NCBI GenBank assembly: GCA_934085595.1
Contig: CAKOHK010000005.1
Location: 12,147 to 76,146, forward strand
DNA: 64,000 nucleotides
Origin: an uncultured Bacilli bacterium
GTDB lineage: Bacteria > Bacillota_I > Bacilli_A > RF39 > UBA660
Direction of reading: 5' to 3'
Part shown: positions 27,758-37,607 of the stretch, one piece after another
Position numbering within the stretch: position 1 is the stretch's first letter
Layout of the letters: each line of letters opens with the position of its first letter
The notes under the pieces: model-generated
The model's database searches: none
What the model saw: only the letters and a program-made list of their open reading frames with translations
Told to the model about the DNA's origin: nothing
Translations under genes and position numbers: made by a program

Positions 27758-28561
27758 TTATTGATTATTATTTGTATTATTATCTGTAGTTGTATTACTA
27801 CTATTATTACTATCAAGTGGAACTTCTATTGTTTTTGATAGTATTAATGATTTTAAATAATTACTTGATATTGTTGGACTCTCTCCATAATCAGCATTTC
27901 TTGGTACTGGTATTATTTCTCCATCTAAATAAGATGCTTTTCTTAAAAGTAAATGCATATCTTCACTAACAGCAAATATTAATGCTGCTGCTTGTTTTTG
28001 ATTAGGAGCTTTCTTAAATATATGATTTCCTCCTTCATCTTTAACAGCAAGTACTTCTATTCCTTCAATAAGTTTACCAAGTACAAGTTTTCCATTACTA
28101 TCTATTGTTTTATAATATAAATCTATTTTATCTTTAGGGAATATTGAATTACCATAAGTAGTATTAACATTAACACCTAAAGAAACAATAGTATATCCCT
28201 CTTTAATATTAGACCAAGCTGAATCTGGCATGCTACTCCAATCAACTAAAGCAGACTGATAAAATAAACTACCAGCTGGAATCATTGTATTATAATTTAC
28301 AAACTTTCCAATAACATCATTCTTATTTCTAATAACAGTATTAGTTACCATAGAAGCAGCCATTTTAATTGTTTTAACTTTATCTTCAGTAACTTCTTCT
28401 CTAGCATATATATCTACTGCTGCATAAGGTACACTTACAGGCTTAGTAATTTGATTAACCCTATAATTATAAGCAACCATTATTATTACAGTACAAACTA
28501 TCCCAGCAATAATAGTAACAAGATTCTTATTTCTAAATAAATTACCTAAAAAAGCTTTCAT
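27758..28561 (-). CDS. cpaB: CpaB/RcpC-like Flp pilus assembly protein (SAF domain), copy 2
   Basis: 267 aa. N-terminal TM anchor, then a SAF-like region (VPYAAVDIYAREEVTEDKVKTIKM) and an N/T-rich tail. Paralog of the upstream gene. Confidence 0.6.
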   Translation of the reverse strand: MKAFLGNLFRNKNLVTIIAGIVCTVIIMVAYNYRVNQITKPVSVPYAAVDIYAREEVTEDKVKTIKMAASMVTNTVIRNKNDVIGKFVNYNTMIPAGSLFYQSALVDWSSMPDSAWSNIKEGYTIVSLGVNVNTTYGNSIFPKDKIDLYYKTIDSNGKLVLGKLIEGIEVLAVKDEGGNHIFKKAPNQKQAAALIFAVSEDMHLLLRKASYLDGEIIPVPRNADYGESPTISSNYLKSLILSKTIEVPLDSNNSSNTTTDNNTNNNQ

Positions 28562-29427
28562 TATTTATTACCTCCAGTTCCATTATTGTTTGTATTGTTT
28601 TTTGTATTATTAGTGTTAGTATTTGTATTATTATCTGTAGTTGTCATATCTTTCATATCTTCTTCACTTACATTAATTGTTTGACTTAATATATAACTTT
28701 CTAAATAACTACTACTTATCTTAGTTTCACCTGGTTTTAGTGAATACTCTGCATTTCTTGGTACTGGGAATATAGTACCTGATAAATAAGATGCTTTTCT
28801 AAGTAATAAGTGATAATCTTCATTAACTGCAAACATCAAATATGCAGGAGGATTTAAATCAGTACTTTTTTCAAATACACTATTTCCTTCACTATCAACA
28901 ACTGCAAGTACTTTAATACTTTCAATTAACTTACCAAGTATAAGTTTTCCATTACTATCAGTAACTACATAATATAAATCTATATAATTACCTGGAAATA
29001 TTGAATTACCATAAGTACTCTCAAGTGTTACAGGTAAATATACAACTGTATATCCCTTTTCTATATCACTATATAAACTAGAAGGTAAATCTTCCCAATT
29101 AACAAGTACTTTTCTATAAAATAAACTACCAGAAGGTATAACAGCATTACTACTTACATACTTTCCAATTACCTCACTAGAGTTTTTAATAACATTATTT
29201 CCAACCATACTCTTAGGAACCTTTATAGTACCTACCATATTAGCACTCACCTGCATTCTAGGTGATATTTCCTTTAAAGCATAAGGAACACTTATCGGAT
29301 CAGTCTTAGACTTAATCCTAAAATAATAAGCATAATAAATTATAAATAAACACAAAAGAACTGCTAATATAGTAACAGTATTTTTATTCTTAAAAAACCT
29401 CTTAAGTCCTATTTTTAAACCTTCCAT
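28561..29427 (-). CDS. cpaB: CpaB/RcpC-like Flp pilus assembly protein (SAF domain), copy 1
   Basis: 288 aa, colinear with 27758..28561 (GSLFYxxxLVxW, YGNSIFP, GKLILGKLIE, HLLLRKASYL, PVPRNA). Ends in an N/T-rich tail. Confidence 0.6.
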   Translation of the reverse strand: MEGLKIGLKRFFKNKNTVTILAVLLCLFIIYYAYYFRIKSKTDPISVPYALKEISPRMQVSANMVGTIKVPKSMVGNNVIKNSSEVIGKYVSSNAVIPSGSLFYRKVLVNWEDLPSSLYSDIEKGYTVVYLPVTLESTYGNSIFPGNYIDLYYVVTDSNGKLILGKLIESIKVLAVVDSEGNSVFEKSTDLNPPAYLMFAVNEDYHLLLRKASYLSGTIFPVPRNAEYSLKPGETKISSSYLESYILSQTINVSEEDMKDMTTTDNNTNTNTNNTKNNTNNNGTGGNK

Positions 29428-29485
29428 CTTCTTTCCTCCTATTATCTATTAATAATTATATAATATAAATTATCCAAAATCAATT

Positions 29486-31162
29486 TCAATTTTCTAAATT
29501 AATACTATTTTGTATTTTACTTATTACTTCAGCTTTATCTATAATTTCTATTATATTATCATTTCTAAGTTTAAACTCTATTTTATTTTCACTTTGCATA
29601 TATCCAACTATTATCTGTACTGGAATACCTATCAAATCATTATCTTTAAACTTAACCCCAGCGCTTACTTTTCTATCATCAAGTATAGTATCTATTCCAA
29701 GATTTATAAGTTTATTATATAAAGTACTAGCATATCTAAATGCTTCTCTATCATTCATATTAACTACTATTATTGATACAAGATAAGGTGCTACGCACAT
29801 AGGAAAATTAATACCCCTATCATCTCTATTAGCACTTACTACTGAATATAATAATCTTTCTATTCCTATACCATAACTACCCATATATACTTTATTATAA
29901 TTATTTTCTTCATCACTATATTTCATATTAAATATATCACTATACTTAGTACCAAGTTTAAATAAATTACCTATTTCCATAGTCTTATATATATTACATT
30001 TACTTTTACATATCGGACATAAATCATCTTTATCAAATATCTTTAAATCAGCATATTTATTTACTTTAAAATCATACCCAGGAGTTATATTTATATAATG
30101 ATAATTTTTCTCATTACTACCACATACACCATTTATAATATCTTTAACATTATTATCAGCTATTATTTCAAGAGTAGTATTTATAGGACCAATAAACCCA
30201 ATTTCTCCACCTAGTTTTTCTATTTCTTCATCACTAGCAAGTCTAACTTCACTCTTAAATAAACTCCTAAGTTTAACTTCATTTACTTGATCAAGTCCCC
30301 TCATAAGTATAAGTTTATAATCATCATTAACTTTATATATCATAGTTTTAATAATACTATCAGCTGGTACATGTAAATATTCAGCTACATCACTAATACT
30401 ACTTACATAAGGAGTATATACTTTTCTATTCTTTTTATCTTTAATAACATAATCTTTCTTTTTATGATATACACTAGCTACCATTCTACTAGCAGTATAA
30501 GTACAGTTACTACACTTAACTACTTCATCACTACCACTATCACATATATAATGTACCTCTTCACTATACACCCCATTCATACTATAAGGATCACTTTCAC
30601 ATACTAAATAATTAATATTAAGTTTATTTAATATATTATTATATACATGAAACATATTATCATAACTTATATTAAGGCCATCAAAACTACTATCAAAACT
30701 ATAACTATCACACATCATAAACTCTTCTTTACGTGTAAAAGATAATTTATTTTCATCCCTATATTTATTACTTATTTGATATAAAGTAAAATGTAAATCT
30801 TTATAACTTCTTATTTTATCAGCACACATTACACTAAATAATTCTTCATGAGTAGGACATAAACTTAAATGATTACCCTCTTTACTAATTATTTTAAACA
30901 TTTCTCTATCATTTCTATTACTTTTCTTAAATATATCATTATTTATTAAACTAGGTAATAACACTTCCATAGAGTTATATTTATCATGTTCTTCTTTTAT
31001 AACATTTAATAATTTATTAAGTACTCTATATCCCATAGGCATATAAAAGAAAGTAGAATTATCATATTTATATATCATTCCACTATTTATAAGTAATTCT
31101 ATATCACTAGAACTCTTAATATCACACCTCTTATTCTCAAAAAAACAATTAGATAATTTCAT
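29486..31162 (-). CDS. proS: proline--tRNA ligase (bacterial type)
   Basis: 558 aa, colinear with bacterial ProS: LCPTHEELF, YQISNKYRDE, EEFMMCDSYSF, GNLFKLGTKYS and GSYGIGIERL. TGA stop codon. Confidence 0.85.
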   Translation of the reverse strand: MKLSNCFFENKRCDIKSSSDIELLINSGMIYKYDNSTFFYMPMGYRVLNKLLNVIKEEHDKYNSMEVLLPSLINNDIFKKSNRNDREMFKIISKEGNHLSLCPTHEELFSVMCADKIRSYKDLHFTLYQISNKYRDENKLSFTRKEEFMMCDSYSFDSSFDGLNISYDNMFHVYNNILNKLNINYLVCESDPYSMNGVYSEEVHYICDSGSDEVVKCSNCTYTASRMVASVYHKKKDYVIKDKKNRKVYTPYVSSISDVAEYLHVPADSIIKTMIYKVNDDYKLILMRGLDQVNEVKLRSLFKSEVRLASDEEIEKLGGEIGFIGPINTTLEIIADNNVKDIINGVCGSNEKNYHYINITPGYDFKVNKYADLKIFDKDDLCPICKSKCNIYKTMEIGNLFKLGTKYSDIFNMKYSDEENNYNKVYMGSYGIGIERLLYSVVSANRDDRGINFPMCVAPYLVSIIVVNMNDREAFRYASTLYNKLINLGIDTILDDRKVSAGVKFKDNDLIGIPVQIIVGYMQSENKIEFKLRNDNIIEIIDKAEVISKIQNSINLEN

Positions 31163-31188
31163 ACTCTTTCCCTTTTTATTCTTATATT

Positions 31189-31599
31189 TTATATTCCTTC
31201 TAAATTAGCTTCCATTATTCTATTAGAAAATCCTTTACTTATATCATATCTTACACATACTCTATAATTATTAAGCTCTTCATTATTAACAGGATTCTTA
31301 AGTATAGTTTTATTATTTTTATCTCCCACTATATACCCTTTAGATATAAGTTCATCTACATATACATAATTACATACAGTATAGTTTCTATTATTACTAT
31401 CTACATCTAATTTAAGATGTTCTAAATTATCATTAGCCCATTCATATGAAGCACTCTCTATATTTTTAACTTTAATATCTAAATCTCTTTTTAAAGCATC
31501 TTCTTTAGTACTTATTATATTAGGTATAACAAGCGCACTTACTATTCCTATAAGTACAACTGTAATTAACATTTCAATTAAAGTAAAACCTTTTTTCAT
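31189..31599 (-). CDS. type IV pilin-like protein (prepilin N-terminal cleavage-methylation motif)
   Basis: 136 aa. MKKG/FTLIEMLITVVLIGIVSALVIPNI. The start codon lies 1 nt after the eno stop. Confidence 0.8.
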   Translation of the reverse strand: MKKGFTLIEMLITVVLIGIVSALVIPNIISTKEDALKRDLDIKVKNIESASYEWANDNLEHLKLDVDSNNRNYTVCNYVYVDELISKGYIVGDKNNKTILKNPVNNEELNNYRVCVRYDISKGFSNRIMEANLEGI

Positions 31600-31600
31600 A

Positions 31601-32836
31601 TTATCCTCTATTAATATTTTCTTCTATTTCAAGTAATCTATTAAACTTACAGATTCTCTCTCCTCTACTAACACTGCCAGTTTTAATAAAAGGTATTCCA
31701 AGTGCAACAGCTGCATCTACTATAAATGTATCTATTGTCTCTCCACTTCTATGTGACATAATACAAGTATAATTATTTTGTTTAGCAAGTACTATAGTTT
31801 CTAAAGTTTCAAAGAATGTTCCTATTTGATTAGGTTTAATAATAATAGAATTACACATATTATTTTCTATTCCCTTTTTAAGTTCATCTTTATTAGTAAC
31901 AAATAAATCATCCCCAACTATATTAATCTCTTTGCCAAGAGTTTCTGTTATTAATTTAAATCCTTCATAATCTTTTTCATCAAAAGCATCTTCTATTGAT
32001 ATAATAGGATACTCTCTTACAAGTTCCATATAATAATTTAATAATTCTTCTCTATTTAAAAACTTATCATCTATTTTATATGTTTCTTTTTCTTCATTAT
32101 AAAGACTACTTGCCGCTACATCAAGAGCTATAAATACATCTTTACCAGGAATATATCCAGCTGATTCAGCAGCTTTAACTATGTATGAAAGAGCACTTCT
32201 ATTATCTTTTAAATCAGGAGCAAATCCTCCTTCATCTCCAACTCCAGTAGAAAATCCATTTTCTTTTAACAATCCTTTTAATGAATGAAATACTTCACTA
32301 GCACATCTAACACCTTCTTTAAATGTACTAAACTTAGGTACTATCATAAACTCTTGTATATCAAGAGTATTCTCAGCATGAGCTCCACCATTAATAATAT
32401 TAAACATTACTTTAGGTATCTTTTTCTCTCTTTGATTTAAATACTCATAAACTTCTTTCCCAGCATCATTACTCGCAGCCTTAAGACACGCAATAGATAC
32501 GCCGATCATCGCATTAGCACCAAGTTTAGATTTATTACTAGTTCCATCAAGACTAATCATTAAATTATCAATAGTCTTTTGTTCTCTAGCATCTATTCCA
32601 ATCAAAGCATCTCTAATAACAGTATTAACATTATTAACTGCCTTTAAAACGCCTTTTCCAAAATACCTCTCATCATTATCTCTAAGTTCAAGAGCCTCTT
32701 TAGCACCAGTAGAAGCACCACTAGGTACACCAAAAACACCATAAGCTCCACTTTCTAAAATAACTTTAACTTCAACCGTAGGATTACCTCTAGAATCAAG
32801 AATCTCCCTTGCTTTTACATCTTTAATCTTACTCAT
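31601..32836 (-). CDS. eno: enolase (phosphopyruvate hydratase)
   Basis: 411 aa with AREILDSRGNPTVEV, SGASTGAKEA, GDDLFVTN, IKPNQIGT and SHRSGET. Confidence 0.9.
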   Translation of the reverse strand: MSKIKDVKAREILDSRGNPTVEVKVILESGAYGVFGVPSGASTGAKEALELRDNDERYFGKGVLKAVNNVNTVIRDALIGIDAREQKTIDNLMISLDGTSNKSKLGANAMIGVSIACLKAASNDAGKEVYEYLNQREKKIPKVMFNIINGGAHAENTLDIQEFMIVPKFSTFKEGVRCASEVFHSLKGLLKENGFSTGVGDEGGFAPDLKDNRSALSYIVKAAESAGYIPGKDVFIALDVAASSLYNEEKETYKIDDKFLNREELLNYYMELVREYPIISIEDAFDEKDYEGFKLITETLGKEINIVGDDLFVTNKDELKKGIENNMCNSIIIKPNQIGTFFETLETIVLAKQNNYTCIMSHRSGETIDTFIVDAAVALGIPFIKTGSVSRGERICKFNRLLEIEENINRG

Positions 32837-32925
32837 AACTCTACTCCTCTTATTTTATATAATCTAATTATACTATTTTTTTTATAAATATGCTATAATA
32901 TTTATGAATAAAAGGAGAATTAAAT

Positions 32926-34164
32926 ATGCGTATAGAAATTATATCAAAAGAAGTATTCACATCATTTGCAAGTAAACACTTTCTAAAAAGCTTTTTTCAA
33001 ACAACAACATATGGAGACTTTGCAAATAAAGGAAAATATTCATCAATGTACATCGGAGCATATAAAGATGGCAAATTAGTCGCAGCATCTCTAATATTAT
33101 CAAAAGAAATATCTTTTAAAGTTAAATATGGTTATGCCCCACGTGGTTTTCTAATAGATTATTTTAACACTGAACTATTAACAGAATTTACAAAAGCTAT
33201 AAAAGGTTTCTTCTTCACTCGTGGATACGCATTCATAAAAATAAACCCAGAAATAACATATGCTACTATAGACTATAAAAATAAAACAAAACAAATAAAT
33301 AAAGAAAGTGAAGAATTAATATCAACACTTAAATCACTAGGATACAACAAACTAAAAAATAATTTATATTATAGTTACATATTACCAAAATACACTCCTA
33401 TTATTTATTTAAATGAATATCAAAAAAAATCAAATAACTTAAATGATATATCAAAAAATGGTCTAAATATTAAAGTAGGAGATCTAAAAGATATAGATAA
33501 GTTTTATACTTATTTAAATACATCTTATGATAAACACACAAAAGATTATTATAATGTACTTTATAGTGAATTTTCTAAAACTAATAGTGTAGACTTATTA
33601 TTAATAGAATTAAACTATTCTTTATACATTAAATACTTACAAAAAATATATGCTGAAAAGCAAGAAGAAAATGATAAAATAAACACTTTCTTTAAACAAA
33701 ATCCTAATGATGATGAGTTATATCACAAAAAATTAGAATCTGACAAAGAACTTAATGATATAAATAATTCAATAGCCTTATCAAACAAAAGATTAGAACT
33801 TACAAATATGGAAGTTGTTGGTTCAGCTCTAATTATTAAACAAGATGAAAGAGCTACTCTTCTATCTTTTGGTACTAAAGAAATAGAAAAAGATATTTAT
33901 GTAAAAACATTTATTATAAACTCTCTTCTTGATAAATATAAAAGTGAAAACTTTATGTTCTTAGATTTATATGAAATTATTGGTAGTTTAAATGATGAAA
34001 ACATTTATAGTAAAAAACCAGACTTTAAACTTGAATATAATCCATCAGTATATGAATACATCGGAGAGTTTGATTTATCAATAAGTAAAACACTACATAG
34101 AATATTACTAACAACAAATAAACTTCAAAAAGAGTTCTCAAGAAAAGTAGAAATAATGGATTAA
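32926..34164 (+). CDS. FemAB-family peptidoglycan interpeptide-bridge aminoacyltransferase
   Basis: 412 aa. The N-terminal FFQTTTYGDF...YAPRGFLIDY pattern and a central coiled-coil insert between two GNAT-like halves are typical of the FemX/FemA/MurM family. Confidence 0.7.
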   Translation: MRIEIISKEVFTSFASKHFLKSFFQTTTYGDFANKGKYSSMYIGAYKDGKLVAASLILSKEISFKVKYGYAPRGFLIDYFNTELLTEFTKAIKGFFFTRGYAFIKINPEITYATIDYKNKTKQINKESEELISTLKSLGYNKLKNNLYYSYILPKYTPIIYLNEYQKKSNNLNDISKNGLNIKVGDLKDIDKFYTYLNTSYDKHTKDYYNVLYSEFSKTNSVDLLLIELNYSLYIKYLQKIYAEKQEENDKINTFFKQNPNDDELYHKKLESDKELNDINNSIALSNKRLELTNMEVVGSALIIKQDERATLLSFGTKEIEKDIYVKTFIINSLLDKYKSENFMFLDLYEIIGSLNDENIYSKKPDFKLEYNPSVYEYIGEFDLSISKTLHRILLTTNKLQKEFSRKVEIMD

Positions 34165-34183
34165 AAATAACGGTGTTAAACCG

Positions 34184-36691
34184 TTATTTTTTCTTACATC
34201 TTTGAATTACAATATTACATACAAATAATATAATACCACTTATACTAGCAATAACACCTATATTCTTAAATGGTGAATTATATTCAAATATTATATTATA
34301 TTCTCCACTATTTATTTTAAATCCAATAAATCCATAATTAACTTTTTCATAATCTATCTTTTTACCATTAACATATATACTAAAGCCATCTTGATATGGA
34401 ATACTAGTTATAAAATAACCATCTTTTTCACTCTTAACACTAGCATATATCTTATCCCCTTTAGTTTTATCTTTATCTATATTAACTTTAGTTATATTAC
34501 TATTAGTATTCTTAATATCACTATAATCTAAATAATATAGTCCTATATCACTAATATTATAGTTACCCTTAGAAAAACGAACTAAAACTTCATCATTATC
34601 TTTTAAAGATATTACATAAGTAAACTCAGTATTTCCATTATAATATTTCCATTCATCACAAGTAAGAGAGTTCTTCTCGCCATTAATACTTATTATTCTA
34701 TCTCCAACACTGCAACTTTGCCTATTATTAATCTTAAACTTAATAAATATTATTTTATCTTTCACATAATCAGGAACACTAAACTTAATATAATCATTCT
34801 TATTAGTACTAAAACTATAACTATTATTTTCATATTTATAATTTATACTACTATCAATAACATTAATATCATTAAACTTAATTATATTAGAATTATAATT
34901 ACTATTACTCTTACTATCAGTAACACTATGTTTTAATAATAATTCATTATTATATGGAAAACTATATAAAGAAGCATCACTATAATTAATATTATTATAA
35001 CTTATATACATAAGAGGTAACACTTCATTATTCTCATATAAACATATTTTATTTGTACACTTAACAGGATTGTATCCAATAACATTCTTATCTTCATAAT
35101 TAATAATATATTCTTCATTCATAAACATATGAAATAACAAATTATTATTAGCACTAGTAATAAGTCTATTTCTTGACTGCATAACATTATTAAATACATC
35201 AAAATAAAACTTATTATAATCTATATTATATAATGAAGAATATATATTACTCTGATACATATTAATATTACTATATATATTATTAACATTATAACTTCTA
35301 TTACTACTAACACTTATTCTATAAAAATCTTTATCATTTATACTATTAACTAATTCTTTTTCACTATTATAATCATTAAAATATTTAAGATTCTTTAACA
35401 CTAAATCACTATTTTCATTTATAACTACAAAACTAATTAAACTAATCAAAACCACATAACACATAAATATATTATTATGTTTATATTTCCTACATAAACT
35501 AAATACTATAAAACTAACTATAATTTCAATAACTATATAATAACTATAATAACTATTCATAATTAAACTAAATATAACTATCACACTTATTATAACAAAT
35601 ACACCCCTAACCTTAAGAGTGTCTATATTCTTAAAGAAACATGCTATGCCTATAGAATACATAGTCAAAAAAGGAATCAAAGCTTTAGCGTCAATATACA
35701 TAGTTGCATTTAATATATAATTAAATGTTGGAAAAATAAATATCAAAGAAAGTACAATAAATAAAAATCTATTTTCTTTTTCTTTACTATAAAATAAATA
35801 TATAAGTCCAAATAAAACTATAGATGTAAGACCTACTCCATAAGAATTATACATCAAATAAGATAAATTAAACTTAGGTACTAATAAATCAAATAAACTA
35901 ATATTTATAGGAGAATCCATTCTATTACTAAGGACACTATAAAACTCTGGAACAATTAATATACCAGAAACAAGCACACCAATTATAATAGGAAATATAA
36001 ACTTACATCCATCTCTAAGAAATAATTTAAAATCTTTATATCTACCCTCTTTAATATAATAATAAACACCATAAACAACTATACATATAATTGATGGAAT
36101 ACTATAGTAATAACTCATAAGAATAATTAAAAGAGTACTTATAGATAACAAATCGCTTCTATTTTTATCAAAATATCTATTTACCCCAAACAAAGCACTT
36201 ATCAAAAAAGGCATATAATTAATAAACATAATATGTCTATGAGAATGAAATACTAAAGAAGAAGATAGCATAAAACAAATACTTGTAACTAAAGACACAT
36301 TATAACTAAACTTATTCTTTCTTAAAAATAAATAAAACAATACACCACTTACAATAACTAAAATAATACTACTATACATCAAATAATCTCTCATATTAAC
36401 AAAAGGAAGTAAATAAGAAATCATTATAACAGGATTAAATAATCCATAATAAGCATAATTATATATATTTTGTCCAGCACCTAAATTAAAAGCAAAATCA
36501 GGAAAAATATCATGAGTACTATAAAACAAAGTTCTAAAATATTCAGGAATAACACTATGCTGAGATAAATAATCAATATAACTTGCCCAAATATATTTAT
36601 CTTGAAGAATTATAATAACCCCAAAAACAAATATTACTATTAAAAGTAATATGTTTATTAAATCTCTATTTTTATTTAAAAACTTTTTCAT
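34184..36691 (-). CDS. YfhO-family polytopic membrane protein (putative glycosyltransferase)
   Basis: 835 aa. The N-terminal ~420 aa contain many TM helices with YfhO-like landmarks (YLSQH, FNLGAGQNIYNYAYYGLFNP). A large extracytoplasmic domain follows, ending in a C-terminal TM. Confidence 0.65.
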   Translation of the reverse strand: MKKFLNKNRDLINILLLIVIFVFGVIIILQDKYIWASYIDYLSQHSVIPEYFRTLFYSTHDIFPDFAFNLGAGQNIYNYAYYGLFNPVIMISYLLPFVNMRDYLMYSSIILVIVSGVLFYLFLRKNKFSYNVSLVTSICFMLSSSLVFHSHRHIMFINYMPFLISALFGVNRYFDKNRSDLLSISTLLIILMSYYYSIPSIICIVVYGVYYYIKEGRYKDFKLFLRDGCKFIFPIIIGVLVSGILIVPEFYSVLSNRMDSPINISLFDLLVPKFNLSYLMYNSYGVGLTSIVLFGLIYLFYSKEKENRFLFIVLSLIFIFPTFNYILNATMYIDAKALIPFLTMYSIGIACFFKNIDTLKVRGVFVIISVIVIFSLIMNSYYSYYIVIEIIVSFIVFSLCRKYKHNNIFMCYVVLISLISFVVINENSDLVLKNLKYFNDYNSEKELVNSINDKDFYRISVSSNRSYNVNNIYSNINMYQSNIYSSLYNIDYNKFYFDVFNNVMQSRNRLITSANNNLLFHMFMNEEYIINYEDKNVIGYNPVKCTNKICLYENNEVLPLMYISYNNINYSDASLYSFPYNNELLLKHSVTDSKSNSNYNSNIIKFNDINVIDSSINYKYENNSYSFSTNKNDYIKFSVPDYVKDKIIFIKFKINNRQSCSVGDRIISINGEKNSLTCDEWKYYNGNTEFTYVISLKDNDEVLVRFSKGNYNISDIGLYYLDYSDIKNTNSNITKVNIDKDKTKGDKIYASVKSEKDGYFITSIPYQDGFSIYVNGKKIDYEKVNYGFIGFKINSGEYNIIFEYNSPFKNIGVIASISGIILFVCNIVIQRCKKK

Positions 36692-36711
36692 AACTAATCC
36701 TATATTTTATA

Positions 36712-37590
36712 TTAATATGCTGGTACACCATAACCATAAATACTATCATATCCAACTGGATAAGTATTTCTTTTAACTGTATTTCCATCATTTCCAGATA
36801 TATATGTTACATTATTTCCACTAACACTTTCAACAATACCAACATGATCGGCAACACCATCTCTACTATTTTTCCAGTCAAAGAATATTATATCTCCAGG
36901 ATTTGGTACATAACTACCAGTTTGCCATCTATTATTTTGTTTAAACCAATCAGCCCCTGCACTACAAAGAGCAAACTTAGGAACAGTACTATTTAAATAA
37001 CCAGCTTGATTAGCAACCCAACTTACAAATATAGCACACCAAGCAGCAGATTGATTACGTCCATAATACCAAGTTCTATATGGTTCACCTCCAACATTTC
37101 CAAGTTGAGCAGCAGCTATCTGTACCATCTTTTGTGAACCAGTACCAGTAACACCAGTAGTACCACCACTACCAGCAGGACCAACAGGTCTTTGAACATT
37201 ATCATGAGCTTCCATAGCTCTTCTTATTGCTTCCTTATATTCTTCTTCCCTCTTCATATCATATTGATTCTTAGCATCATCAATTCCCTCTCTAGTAGCC
37301 ATTTGATAACAATTAAATCCATCATTAAACCCAATAACACCAGTAACCAAATTAAGAATTGTAGGAACTAAAAATATAATAATCGCAGCCATAGTTTTAT
37401 TAATCATACCTTTTAATATACCGTTAAAAGAACTACTTTTATCTTCCCCCTTAAACACATAATTAAGTAAAGTAATCATGACACTTAAAATAAGTATAAT
37501 AGGCGCCACAACACATATTATTTTAATAACTATTTTAATTATATAAAGAACATTAAGTACTCTATAATCTTGACATATTGACAATAACAT
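36712..37590 (-). CDS. membrane-anchored CHAP-domain peptidoglycan hydrolase
   Basis: 292 aa. Two N-terminal TM segments, a Gly/Thr linker and a CHAP core with AAWCAIFVSW (Cys nucleophile) and ADHVGIV (His). Confidence 0.75.
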   Translation of the reverse strand: MLLSICQDYRVLNVLYIIKIVIKIICVVAPIILILSVMITLLNYVFKGEDKSSSFNGILKGMINKTMAAIIIFLVPTILNLVTGVIGFNDGFNCYQMATREGIDDAKNQYDMKREEEYKEAIRRAMEAHDNVQRPVGPAGSGGTTGVTGTGSQKMVQIAAAQLGNVGGEPYRTWYYGRNQSAAWCAIFVSWVANQAGYLNSTVPKFALCSAGADWFKQNNRWQTGSYVPNPGDIIFFDWKNSRDGVADHVGIVESVSGNNVTYISGNDGNTVKRNTYPVGYDSIYGYGVPAY

Positions 37591-37607
37591 TTAATCACAT
37601 CCTTACA

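Noticed and set aside
24600-29427. The VirB11-like ATPase plus membrane proteins interpreted as a conjugative type IV secretion system or ICE, together with FtsK- and HerA-type ATPases elsewhere in the window.
   Set aside because: There is no relaxase, VirB4/TcpF, VirD4-type coupling protein or integrase. The two polytopic proteins have T2SSF (TadB/C) features and CpaB-like genes accompany them. The FtsK gene at 58278..60503 has the full chromosomal architecture (gamma domain, ezrA/deoD neighbours).
29486-31162. A divergent-looking ProS that might be a pseudo-synthetase or paralog attached to the pilus locus.
   Set aside because: It is colinear with bacterial ProS over its full length. Class II motifs 2 and 3 (YRDE..., GSYGIGIERL) and the anticodon-binding region are retained. 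The divergence is consistent with the extreme AT bias.
31601-32836. Enolase is slightly short (411 aa) and reads SHRSGETID instead of the usual SGETED.
   Set aside because: The catalytic and metal-binding landmarks that I can recognise are present. The difference is minor and likely lineage-specific.
36712-37590. The membrane-anchored CHAP hydrolase taken as a marker of a conjugative element or prophage lysis module.
   Set aside because: No holin, phage structural, integrase or transfer genes are nearby. The neighbours are chromosomal envelope genes.
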